Shown in pieces: positions 1-8,115 of a stretch of 64,000 nucleotides of DNA; positions within the stretch are counted from its first letter, which is position 1, and each line of letters opens with the position of its first letter. The position numbers were made by a program, and so were the translations under genes. This DNA comes from Candidatus Aenigmatarchaeota archaeon. Lineage in GTDB: Archaea; Aenigmatarchaeota; Aenigmatarchaeia; Aenigmatarchaeales; JACQIB01. The DNA lies in contig JAZDNN010000027.1 of the NCBI GenBank assembly GCA_043799675.1, positions 2,589-66,588 of the forward strand. The letters are read 5' to 3'. The notes beneath the pieces are model-generated. The model saw nothing but the letters and a program-made list of their open reading frames with translations. It searched no databases and was not told the DNA's origin.

Positions 1-1
1 G

Positions 2-1288
2 AAGCTCGGCGCCGACGATGTGGTTGCCCAGTTGATGACATCGAACAACATGCAGGTCAAGTTCGCGAACTCCGCCATAGCCATAACACAGAACTGGTCG
101 AGCATGGCATTGGAGGTCTTTGTCGCTTACAAGAAACGGACGGCAGGTGTCACGCTGGAAAATCTGGACCACGCCGTCGTAAGGTCATCGATTGAAAGGT
201 TGCTAAAGATTGCCAGGAATTCCCAGCCGAACAAGGATTGGGCCGGTTTGGCTCACGGCCCGTTCAAGTATGCAAAGCCGAAGGACACATACGATGCTTC
301 CTTGGTTGCCAACGAGGACAAGGCGATTGACTGGGTGAATGCGGCCATAGCGGCCACGAAGACGCCCAAGACCGCCGGCGTTCTTTATATCACCGACGAA
401 GGGAAGACCGTCGCGACCAGCGAGGGAGTGGGCGCTCAGGACCGTTCAACGTCCGCCCAGTTCTCCATCCGCGCCTTCTTTGAACACGACGAGTCCGGAC
501 ATGCTGTCACGGCTTCTTGCAACTCGGCCGGTTTCAATCCCGAGGCGGCCGGAGTGAAGGCGGGGGAGCTTGCAAAGGCCGCAAGGAAGCCCCAGCCGGG
601 CCGGTCCGGTAAGTATGATGTTATTTTCGACCCGCTTGCGTTTGCGGGCCTGCTTGCCAGCGTCTCAACCAGCGCTTCCGCTTACAGCGTCGATGCCGGT
701 TACAGCTTCCTTGCCGACAAGATAGGCAAGAAAGTGGCCGGGCCGCATGTCACTATCTTGGATGACCCTACGGCGGCAGGCGGCCTCGGCAGCGTTGCGT
801 TTGATGATGAGGGAAGACCCACCCAACGCGTTCCAGTAATCGAGAACGGCCTGCTCAAGACGTATTTGCATAATACCCTGACCGCTAAGAAGTTCAATGC
901 CGCCTCTACTGCGAGTGCCGGTCTCATCAGCCCGCATCCGCGCAACGCGATGCTCCAGCCCGGCAATCAGTCAAGGGACGAGCTTTTCAGTCAGGTCAAG
1001 AACGGAATCTATGTGACCAACATCTGGTATACCCGTTTCCAGAATTATCGTACTGGTGATTTTTCAACCATACCCCGCGACGGCCTGTTCATAATCAGGA
1101 ATGGCGAGCTCTGGCAGCCGGTGAAGGGCCTGCGCATAACAGACAACCTGCAGCGCCTTCTCGAGAACATCGTTGCCCTTTCGAATAAACCCGAGACCAT
1201 CTTGTGGTGGGGCATGGACGACCAGATCCCTTCTACAACCCCGTACGTTTTGGTGAAGGACCTCAATCTCACGCTGCCGACGATGTGA
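2..1288 (+). CDS. TldD/PmbA-family metallopeptidase; the 5' end is probably off-window
   Basis: The reading frame is open to the window edge (track start at GTG 20). The C-terminal block NGIYVTNIWYTRFQNYRTGDFSTIPRDGLFIIRNGEL is characteristic of PmbA/TldD. Confidence 0.8.
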   Translation, partial: KLGADDVVAQLMTSNNMQVKFANSAIAITQNWSSMALEVFVAYKKRTAGVTLENLDHAVVRSSIERLLKIARNSQPNKDWAGLAHGPFKYAKPKDTYDASLVANEDKAIDWVNAAIAATKTPKTAGVLYITDEGKTVATSEGVGAQDRSTSAQFSIRAFFEHDESGHAVTASCNSAGFNPEAAGVKAGELAKAARKPQPGRSGKYDVIFDPLAFAGLLASVSTSASAYSVDAGYSFLADKIGKKVAGPHVTILDDPTAAGGLGSVAFDDEGRPTQRVPVIENGLLKTYLHNTLTAKKFNAASTASAGLISPHPRNAMLQPGNQSRDELFSQVKNGIYVTNIWYTRFQNYRTGDFSTIPRDGLFIIRNGELWQPVKGLRITDNLQRLLENIVALSNKPETILWWGMDDQIPSTTPYVLVKDLNLTLPTM

Positions 1289-1292
1289 TGCC

Positions 1293-2045
1293 ATGGACAT
1301 CCTGATGTTGGTCGCGACATTTTTCATCGGTGTTGCGTCTCTTTTTCTTGGTAGTGTGGCGGGAGGCGGCGGCGGTCTGCTCTCGCTACCGTTCTTGATT
1401 TTCATGGGCCTGCCTCCGCAGATTGCAATCGGAACCAATCGTTTCGGTACTTTAGGCCATTTATCGACGTCTTACAAGTTCTACAAGGAAAAGAAAATCA
1501 TTTTCAAGCACGCTCTGCCGTTGGCGGCCGTTGGCATAGTAGGTGCATTTCTGGGTGCCCAACTGCTTCTGCAAATAAATGAAGCTTTGCTGTCAAAACT
1601 GGTTGGGGGTTTGATCCTCCTCATGGTACCGACTCTTTTCCTCGGCCTTGGAAAGGGCAGAGGACTTGAACGGAAGAATGTACCGGAAAAGAGGAGGCTG
1701 GCGGGTTATGCAGGTTATTTCTTTGTCGCGATTTATGACGGTTTCTTTGGTGCGGCCGCCGGTTTGATAGCGGTTTATACGTTGGTGCTTTCGCTTGGCT
1801 ACACATTCATAGAAGCCAACGCCCTCGATAAGTTTGCTTTTCTGTTCGCTCTCATACCGAGCCTCGGGTTGTTCATGCTTAGCGGTATTGTCAATTATGA
1901 GGTCGGTCTGGTGTTGCTTGCGGGCATGCTGGTCGGCGGTTATCTCGGCGCGCATGTTGCAATCAAGAAGGGCAACAAGTTCGTCAAACTCATGTTCAGT
2001 GTGGTTGTGATTGCCTCAGCGCTGAAGTTGCTGTTCTTCAGCTGA
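1293..2045 (+). CDS. TauE/SafE (TSUP, DUF81) family membrane permease
   Basis: The 250-aa product is polytopic and hydrophobic. It has the GSVAGGGGGLLSLPFL N-terminal motif and an internal repeat typical of TSUP transporters. The gene starts 4 nt after the upstream stop. Confidence 0.8.
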   Translation: MDILMLVATFFIGVASLFLGSVAGGGGGLLSLPFLIFMGLPPQIAIGTNRFGTLGHLSTSYKFYKEKKIIFKHALPLAAVGIVGAFLGAQLLLQINEALLSKLVGGLILLMVPTLFLGLGKGRGLERKNVPEKRRLAGYAGYFFVAIYDGFFGAAAGLIAVYTLVLSLGYTFIEANALDKFAFLFALIPSLGLFMLSGIVNYEVGLVLLAGMLVGGYLGAHVAIKKGNKFVKLMFSVVVIASALKLLFFS

Positions 2046-2083
2046 GTGTGATGTGATTTATCCTTTTCTGCCGATAGTCTCGG

Positions 2084-2782
2084 ATGGTCGGCTGGAAGAA
2101 CGCGGGAAAGCGGCGGGTGAGTACCGGGGCGTATGTCGAGGATGCCGTCAGGGCACTTCTCGGCGTCGAGAAGAAATCGCTGACGCACCAGTCCAGGAAA
2201 CGGCCCGACATCTATACCGGCTCCATCGTCGGTGAGATAAAGGCAATTGAAAAGAAGGAGTCGCGCGTTACGCTGACGCTGGAACAGGTGAGACGGTATT
2301 GTGATATTGCGAGGGGCCTGAACGGTTCTTCGCTCGACGGAAGACACGAGCCGGTTTCTCTGACGTATTATTTTGCCGTGTACGACGGCAGCGGTGTGAC
2401 GCCGTTGGTTACCGACGTGTATGTCCTCGGTGAGAGGAACCTGATGCGGCTGAACAGGCAGAGGAAGGTCTACGGCAATTATTACATCAAGGACCGCGTC
2501 CTGATGCGGACTAAGGCGGCGACCGATCCGAACCAGACGGTCTTTTCGGACGGCCGGATAGAATTGCCGGGACAGGAGGAACGCGATGCCATACGGAAGA
2601 ACGCCTATGAACACAATAAGAAGGGCCTTTGCATCCGCTTTGCTGCCAGGCATCTTAAGAGGCTCTGCCGCAACGACGTGCAGCTGAAGGAGGTCATGTT
2701 CCATTACGACAACGAGTCTTTCAAGTCTTCCAGTGCTTCAGGCAAAGAGAGCGGGTTCTTCTCGTCCTTGATCTTCTCGTAA
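2084..2782 (+). CDS. hypothetical protein with a PD-(D/E)xK nuclease-like core
   Basis: The composition is balanced. RPDIYTGSIVGEIKA resembles the D...ExK core. The last ~26 codons overlap the 3' end of the convergent gene at 2704..3987, so the exact extent is uncertain. Confidence 0.5.
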   Translation: MVGWKNAGKRRVSTGAYVEDAVRALLGVEKKSLTHQSRKRPDIYTGSIVGEIKAIEKKESRVTLTLEQVRRYCDIARGLNGSSLDGRHEPVSLTYYFAVYDGSGVTPLVTDVYVLGERNLMRLNRQRKVYGNYYIKDRVLMRTKAATDPNQTVFSDGRIELPGQEERDAIRKNAYEHNKKGLCIRFAARHLKRLCRNDVQLKEVMFHYDNESFKSSSASGKESGFFSSLIFS

Positions 2783-3987
2783 GTGCTTTCCTTCAGACAA
2801 TCAGTCAGTTTGATTCCGAGCTTTGCACATGCCTGTTTCAGCGCAATGTAGCTCTCCGAGCTTGGCTTGAAGTAACAACAGATGTGTTTGTAGTTACTTC
2901 CGTGTGCCTGCAGGAAATTCTCGATCCTTGCCTGGGTGACCTCGGTGTACTTCTTCTTTATCTCGGGCGTTTCTTCCCATTCCGGCCAATCATAGCGGTT
3001 GAACGGGTAGAAGTTCACGAATTCATACGGTATGACGCCCGGAGAGCTGATGGCACATATTTGAAGTTTTTCCATTATCGGAAGCTTGTCCAGCACGCTG
3101 AAAATCGCTTTGTGCAGCTGAGAGCAAAAGTACGGTTTCCTGAACGAGCACGGAATGAACAGCAGCATGTCCTTCGATTTGTCCTTCTTCCAGAATCCGT
3201 TGATGTATTCCTGCCAGATCTCGTAGTACGGGTGCAGGAGCTCCTTCTCAGTTGCCCCCTTTATCGGTAATTGCTTGTCAATCGGCCATTTGGGTGTGAA
3301 CGAGAACTCATCGAAGTACTTCTCAACCTTCCTGTCCGTGAATTCCGCAGTCCATTCGTTGAATTCCTTCTCGGTCAGCATCTTCCATTTTCTTTCCGCC
3401 CACAGGTCGAAGGCTTTGCTTGCCCCGTGCGGGAACCAGTTCATCATGCAGATGCTGTCCGCATGCTCCATTGCGGTTTTCATGGTCCTGCGCAGGCTCT
3501 CGCGGTCGGTGTAGGGTGCATTGACCATCACATATGCTCTCATCTGGAAGCCGTTCTTGTGTAAAAAATCTGAAGCTTTGACAAAGTCTGCAGCGGTCGT
3601 TCCTTTCTGCAGTTTCTTGAGCATCTCATCGTCGGCCACTTCGAGCCCGTAACCTATCGACACTTTCACTCTGTCGCTTTTCATATCGTCGACGAATTCC
3701 TTGGTGAAGTATTCCCCGCGGCTTTCAACCACCAGTTCCTTCACACCGGCTGCCTCGCATTTCCTGACCACGTAGCTCCTGAACGCCCTCGGGACCTGTC
3801 TCTCATCGAGGAAGCTGCCGGAGTTGAATATCTTCAGTCTGTCGAACTTCTCGGTCAGGAAAATCTCGTCCAGCATCCGCTTGAGCTCGTGGATGCTCTT
3901 GACCCTGCTTTCCTTAGCCCCCCATCCGCAGAAGATGCACTTCCCCCAGCCGCATTTTCCCGAGTTAAGGTAGATTACCTTGTCCAT
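2704..3987 (-). CDS. arcS: radical-SAM (RaSEA-like) domain fused to a DUF5591/ArcS catalytic domain; putative archaeosine synthase fusion
   Basis: The product is 427 aa. The N-terminus has the Cys cluster C12-x4-C17-x2-C20 (GKCGWGKCIFCGWG) and a TIM-barrel-like radical SAM body. The C-terminal half carries P279-C-SFR-KPY-FC-S-QL-H292, an exact match to the ArcS PC-X3-KPY-X2-S-X2-H motif. The gene is divergent from arcTGT. Confidence 0.75.
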   Translation of the reverse strand: MDKVIYLNSGKCGWGKCIFCGWGAKESRVKSIHELKRMLDEIFLTEKFDRLKIFNSGSFLDERQVPRAFRSYVVRKCEAAGVKELVVESRGEYFTKEFVDDMKSDRVKVSIGYGLEVADDEMLKKLQKGTTAADFVKASDFLHKNGFQMRAYVMVNAPYTDRESLRRTMKTAMEHADSICMMNWFPHGASKAFDLWAERKWKMLTEKEFNEWTAEFTDRKVEKYFDEFSFTPKWPIDKQLPIKGATEKELLHPYYEIWQEYINGFWKKDKSKDMLLFIPCSFRKPYFCSQLHKAIFSVLDKLPIMEKLQICAISSPGVIPYEFVNFYPFNRYDWPEWEETPEIKKKYTEVTQARIENFLQAHGSNYKHICCYFKPSSESYIALKQACAKLGIKLTDCLKESTYEKIKDEKNPLSLPEALEDLKDSLS

Positions 3988-3998
3988 ACTATCGCTTC

Positions 3999-4205
3999 CT
4001 ATTTTTCTTTCGGCTTATACATGGCTATCTCATTCGGTTTGAACGCTCTTCCGTCAGTCGTGATTACCAGAAGGGTTTCCTGTCCTACCTTGCCTACGGT
4101 CTTGACTTCGCTTATCTCATACCACGCCCGCCTGGTTGTTACTATTATGCCGCCCGGTTGCATTTGCCTGCATTCTTCCGGCTCCATGCTGCCATACATC
4201 AGCAT
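3999..4205 (-). CDS. small hypothetical protein (68 aa) upstream of the arcS-like gene
   Basis: The ORF fills the tgtA/arcS divergent spacer and stops 11 nt before the arcS-like ATG on the same strand. The sequence looks beta-rich (GGIIVTTRRAWYEISEVKTVGKV...LLVITTDGRAF). I recognise no family. Confidence 0.4.
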   Translation of the reverse strand: MLMYGSMEPEECRQMQPGGIIVTTRRAWYEISEVKTVGKVGQETLLVITTDGRAFKPNEIAMYKPKEK

Positions 4206-4257
4206 GCCTAGCAGTCATAGCTGTGACTTTAAAATGCTATGCCAGTCATCTATCCCC

Positions 4258-5970
4258 ATGTTCGAACTCCTTGACCGTGATGCCGCAGCCAGGCTCGGCA
4301 AGTGGACCGTCGGGAAGCATACCATAAGCACGCCGAACATCGCGATAGTGGTGAATCCGAACAAGATGGTGGTCTCTCCCGCAGAGCTGAAGAAGGATTT
4401 CAAAGCCGATTTGATAATCACCAACGCTTACATCATTTCGCGCTCTGCTCAGAAGGAACGGTTCGAGCAGGAAGGTCTGCACAAGGTGCTTGCATGGGAC
4501 GGGCCGATTTACACCGACAGCGGCACTTTCCAGATGTTCAGCCAGAACATCACCCCGGAGTTCGGCCCGGAAGGCACCCTGAAGTTCCAGAAGGCCATAC
4601 GCAGCGACATCATTACTCCATTGGACGTTTTCACCACCCCGAAGGACGAGCGAGGACAGGCAAAGAAGAACCTGACTGAGACAATCAAGCGCATCAAGCA
4701 GGCCAGAGGCATGATTACTGAAAATGCTTTGGTCGGCCCGATTCAGGGCGGCAGATTCCTGGATATGAGGATTGCCGCCTGCAAGCAGGTTGCCAAGCTC
4801 CAGCCCGACGTGTTTGCGATCGGGGGTATTGTCCCGTTCATGGAAAGTTACAGGTTCTCCGAGCTTGTCGACATCCTGTTGACCTGCAAGGGAAATCTGC
4901 CCGCTAACACCCCGATTCACGCCTTCGGGGCGGGCCATCCGATGGTTTTTGGGTTGCTTGCGGCCTTCGGTGCCGATGTTTTCGACAGTGCGATGTACGG
5001 CCTGGCTGCTGAGAGAGGCGCTTATCTGACCGTCAGCGGCACGCTTCAGTTGGATGAGCTTGCCGAATTGCCGTGTACCTGCCCGGAGTGTGTGAACGCA
5101 AGCATAAAGGAACTCAAATCGCAACCCGTTGAAAACCGTACGAAGTTCCTGACCAGGCATAATCTCTACGTCACCATGGCCGAAATGCGCGAGGTCAGGA
5201 CTGCAATCAGGCAGGGCTGGCTCTGGGAGCTGGTTCAGCAGCGGGCAAGGGCCCATCCCGCCCTTCTTCTGGCATTCGCAAGCGGCCTGAAGAAGCATGC
5301 AAAGCTCTTGCAGAAGCTCGACCCCGTGAGCAAGCCTTCCGCTTTCCTCTGGTCCGGCGAGGAGAGCTGGTCGCGGCCCGAAATCTTGAGGGCGCAGGAA
5401 TGGGTGCGTCGTGTCCGGGTCAAGCGTTACTTCAATCTGGAGCCGTTCGGGAAAGTGCCTGTCGGCCTGAAGTCCTGCTACCCGTTCGGCCAGTCCGTGC
5501 TGCCGAACAAGCCGCATAAGGTGAAGGCTTCTGCATCCGAAAGAGCTTTGCAGACCATCGATTATCAGTTCGGGAAGGGCGCGAGCAAGACATTCAGGAA
5601 GGTTGATATTGAAAGTTCCAGAAAGACCGGCCGCTTGAGGCGGCTCTGGACTGCCGATAAGCAGCTTCTAGGCACTTTCAGGCCCTCCGACGGCTTCTTC
5701 CTGCCTACTTTGGATGGGGCAAGGCTGCTTGGCAGGGCCATCAAGAAGGTCAAAATCAAGGATGCCGATGTAGCCGAGCTGGTTTCAGAAGGGAAGGCGG
5801 TGTTCGCCAAGTTCGCCGTGCCTTCGGCCGGGATATTGCCGAGCGAGGAAGTGGCTGTAGTCCATAACGGAAAGCTGCTGGGCGTGGGCAGGGCATTCCT
5901 GAACAGCGACGAGATGAAGCAGATGAAGCGCGGGGTCGCGGTTGAAGTTCGCACACGCCGTGAGAGTTAG
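4258..5970 (+). CDS. tgtA: archaeosine tRNA-guanine transglycosylase (ArcTGT) with a C-terminal PUA domain
   Basis: The product is 570 aa starting from ATG 4258 (MFELLDRDAAARLG...). It has the TGT TIM-barrel blocks (LIITNAY, PIQGG, FAIGG), the zinc motif CTCPEC and a PUA-like C-terminus. The track ORF start at 3889 overlaps the divergent gene and was not used. Confidence 0.9.
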   Translation: MFELLDRDAAARLGKWTVGKHTISTPNIAIVVNPNKMVVSPAELKKDFKADLIITNAYIISRSAQKERFEQEGLHKVLAWDGPIYTDSGTFQMFSQNITPEFGPEGTLKFQKAIRSDIITPLDVFTTPKDERGQAKKNLTETIKRIKQARGMITENALVGPIQGGRFLDMRIAACKQVAKLQPDVFAIGGIVPFMESYRFSELVDILLTCKGNLPANTPIHAFGAGHPMVFGLLAAFGADVFDSAMYGLAAERGAYLTVSGTLQLDELAELPCTCPECVNASIKELKSQPVENRTKFLTRHNLYVTMAEMREVRTAIRQGWLWELVQQRARAHPALLLAFASGLKKHAKLLQKLDPVSKPSAFLWSGEESWSRPEILRAQEWVRRVRVKRYFNLEPFGKVPVGLKSCYPFGQSVLPNKPHKVKASASERALQTIDYQFGKGASKTFRKVDIESSRKTGRLRRLWTADKQLLGTFRPSDGFFLPTLDGARLLGRAIKKVKIKDADVAELVSEGKAVFAKFAVPSAGILPSEEVAVVHNGKLLGVGRAFLNSDEMKQMKRGVAVEVRTRRES

Positions 5971-6073
5971 TTTTCTTTTACAACCCTGACGACAGAAAGA
6001 AGCCGTTTTACGGCTCTTCTAAACTGGAATCTTTAAATAATACTGATATAGTAACCCTTGGTTGGTAATAGAG

Positions 6074-6703
6074 ATGAGCGAGGAATTTGAAAGACGAGTT
6101 GAAGTAGTTCTACAGGGTTTAGGCTATAAGACTAATCATCCGAGGAAAGGTGTAGATTTCATTGCCGAGAAGGGTGATGTTAAAGTTGCTGTCGAAGTAA
6201 AGGAGGATACGGAACTTAAGGCCGTATTAGGAAAGGCATTGGGTCAATTACTGGCAGCAAAGACTTTGAATGAAACCTCGGAAGAGTGGCTCGTCCTGCG
6301 CCCGCAAAAGCTCTTTGAATCGCCTTATTTTGATGCTATGCGAGAGAACGGTATTAAGGTCTTCATTCTTAATGGTCAAGATTTGATCGAGGTTAAGCAG
6401 TTTTTGTCGTACAAACACGACCGAAAAATGAGGCGAGGTGTCGATAAAGATAAGCTTGTCCGTATCTGGCGTGCTTTGGAAGGTGGGGAATGGCTCCATA
6501 TAGCTGAAATCGCTCGTAGAACGGGCATCCATGAATGTACTGTCCGCTGGTATCTGAATCGACATTTGAATCAGGCCATCGACGAACAGAATGTGCTTCC
6601 GGCCGGTATCAGGCTGAGACTTGTTAGGTTGAAACAGGGAACGGACTTGGTCGGTTATATGAAAGCCAGGAAAGCAATCGAGGAAATCAAGAAGTCGAAA
6701 TAG
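6074..6703 (+). CDS. PD-(D/E)xK nuclease-like domain fused to a winged-helix DNA-binding domain
   Basis: The N-terminus has GVDFIAEKGDVKVAVEVKE (D...ExK). The C-terminus has LHIAEIARRTGIHECTVRWYLNRHL (HTH). ATG 6074 lies ~25-30 nt downstream of a TTTAAATAATA box, so the transcript looks leaderless. The gene is visibly more AT-rich than its flanks. Confidence 0.6.
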   Translation: MSEEFERRVEVVLQGLGYKTNHPRKGVDFIAEKGDVKVAVEVKEDTELKAVLGKALGQLLAAKTLNETSEEWLVLRPQKLFESPYFDAMRENGIKVFILNGQDLIEVKQFLSYKHDRKMRRGVDKDKLVRIWRALEGGEWLHIAEIARRTGIHECTVRWYLNRHLNQAIDEQNVLPAGIRLRLVRLKQGTDLVGYMKARKAIEEIKKSK

Positions 6704-7040
6704 CTTCCGCCACTATCTCCAGTTTACCGTTGTACTCCTGAAGTCTGCCTTTGACGGTCACCACGCAGGTTCCGTTGGGCGGTTGCAGTTTTGAGCCGGC
6801 AAAGGCCACCACGCTTATCTTGCCGGTGTCATCCGTCAGTGTGAAGAAGGTATGGCCTGCAGAGCTGGTCCTGATTGAGCTTGAGGTCCCGGTGACCTGC
6901 ACCTTCTGGTCCAGGATGTCCCCGTTGAGCTGGGCCACTGCCATGACGTTAGGCTGGATGCTTCCGCTGAGCAGGAACAGGAAAATCAGGCCGATTGCCG
7001 CTATAATCAGAGAGACCTTGAGTAGGGTTTCGTCCTTCAC
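6687..7040 (-). CDS. membrane-anchored OB-fold (tRNA_anti-like) protein
   Basis: The product has an N-terminal TM helix followed by VQVTGTSSSIRTSSAGHTFFTLTDDTGKISVVAF...VTVKGRLQEYNGKLEI, a typical OB-fold nucleic-acid-binding pattern. Confidence 0.65.
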   Translation of the reverse strand: MKDETLLKVSLIIAAIGLIFLFLLSGSIQPNVMAVAQLNGDILDQKVQVTGTSSSIRTSSAGHTFFTLTDDTGKISVVAFAGSKLQPPNGTCVVTVKGRLQEYNGKLEIVAEAISTS

Positions 7041-7049
7041 AGCATCACT

Positions 7050-7607
7050 TCACGAAAGCTTCACGCGATACATCGGCGTGTATACCGGCCCGTTCGGTGT
7101 CAGTTCGCTCTTGAACAGAACCACTTCATGCACGCGTACAGTGCCTATGTCGACGTCTGACTTATCTTTCAATAAGGCTATCAGCTCGGTTTTTTGCTGC
7201 CCGCCGTTTATTCTGGCCAGGGTAAGGTGTGGTGTGAACGGCCGTTCTTCGGCGCCGAAACCGGCATCCGAAAGGGCAAGTTCGACGGATTCTGCTATGG
7301 CGGAGAGCTGGTTGGCACCTTCTTTGGCTCCGAGCCAGACCACCTTGGCATACGTCAGCTGCGGGAATGCCCCTAGGCCGGTCACGTGAAGGTCAAATGC
7401 GCGGTACTGGGGCACAACGCGGTCCAGGACGGTCTTCACCCTGTTCACGTCGTCTTCATTCAGTTCACCGAGGAACTTGAGATTGTAGTGTAGGTTCTCC
7501 GGCTCGACCAGTTTTACATCGATGTCAAGCAGGTCGATGCTTTCCTGGACCTTTTCTATCCGTGTTTTCAGTCCTTCCGACACCAGAACAGCTATGAACG
7601 CGCGCAT
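7050..7607 (-). CDS. thpR: RNA 2',3'-cyclic phosphodiesterase (2H phosphoesterase, ThpR/LigT)
   Basis: The start MRAFIAV matches the family's usual N-terminus. There are two H-x-(T/S)-x type motifs (HYNLKF, HLTLAR). The length of 185 aa fits the family. Confidence 0.8.
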   Translation of the reverse strand: MRAFIAVLVSEGLKTRIEKVQESIDLLDIDVKLVEPENLHYNLKFLGELNEDDVNRVKTVLDRVVPQYRAFDLHVTGLGAFPQLTYAKVVWLGAKEGANQLSAIAESVELALSDAGFGAEERPFTPHLTLARINGGQQKTELIALLKDKSDVDIGTVRVHEVVLFKSELTPNGPVYTPMYRVKLS

Positions 7608-7699
7608 GTGAGGTATTCGGGCCACCGAAATTTAAGCCTAAAGCATTCCAATAACAACGTTATAATATAGAGTCTAATCGGCAAAGCGAAAGTTAGCCC

Positions 7700-8105
7700 A
7701 GTATAGCAACAATGTTCACGTGAACTACACGTGAACTTCACATGAACATCGCTCTTTTGGGCTCACTTATGTAAACAAATCATTAATCTTCACGTGAACT
7801 TCACGGCGTTCACGCGTGAAGGTAACGTGAACATAAACGTCCGCGTGAACAAAACGTGAACATCCCGTGAACATTTCTAATACCATTCCGTTTCCAGTTA
7901 TCTAACTATCACAAACGGCAAAAAACGCGAAAATACGACCAAGTCGGCCATCTGTTTACAGGAACCTATATTCTGAAGTATAGAAATTGCTTGGAAGCGG
8001 CAAGATGTTCACGTGAACGTCCGGAATACACTTAAATACTTGAAAGTGTGATAGATGTTCACGCAAGAACCTTCACGAAATGTTCACGCGGTTCACGTCC
8101 AGAGG
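7700..8105. promoter_or_regulatory. origin-like or operator array of inverted GTGAAC / GTTCAC boxes, including two perfect GTTCACGTGAAC palindromes
   Basis: Seven exact GTGAAC boxes lie at 7720, 7731, 7794, 7827, 7845, 7856 and 7867, mostly as CGTGAACA, and the last three spacings are 18, 11 and 11 bp. Four exact GTTCAC boxes lie at 8007, 8057, 8082 and 8091, three of them as ATGTTCACG. The 12-bp palindrome occurs at 7714-7725 and 8007-8018. The two clusters flank a ~130-bp more AT-rich core. Confidence 0.6.
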
Positions 8106-8115
8106 AAATCAAGGT

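Noticed and set aside
1940-2704. 254-aa minus-strand ORF overlapping 2084..2782
   Set aside because: It is Arg/Pro/Leu/His-rich with no motifs. The plus-strand frame has balanced composition and a nuclease-like D...ExK core, so the plus ORF was preferred, with only moderate confidence.
3889-4257. N-terminal 123-codon extension of the tgtA track ORF
   Set aside because: The extension overlaps the divergent arcS-like gene and the 68-aa ORF, and it looks non-protein-like (Ser/Pro/Leu/Cys-rich). The conserved ArcTGT N-terminus begins at MFELLDRD (ATG 4258).
4246-5517. 423-aa minus-strand ORF opposite tgtA
   Set aside because: It is antisense to a gene with strong TGT motifs. It is rich in Arg, Leu, Gly and Pro with no recognisable motif. 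This is a typical shadow ORF of a GC-rich coding region.
7700-8105. Possibility that the GTGAAC repeat region is a CRISPR array
   Set aside because: The repeat units are only 6-12 bp. Their spacing is irregular (11-60 bp) and they occur in both orientations. No cas genes are adjacent. The pattern fits protein-binding boxes, not repeat-spacer architecture.
8080-8115. Track start (ATG 8080) of the AAA+ ATPase
   Set aside because: The first 12 codons (MFTRFTSRGNQG) are read straight through three GTTCAC repeat boxes. ATG 8116 follows a purine-rich GAGGAAATCAAGG stretch and is the likelier start.
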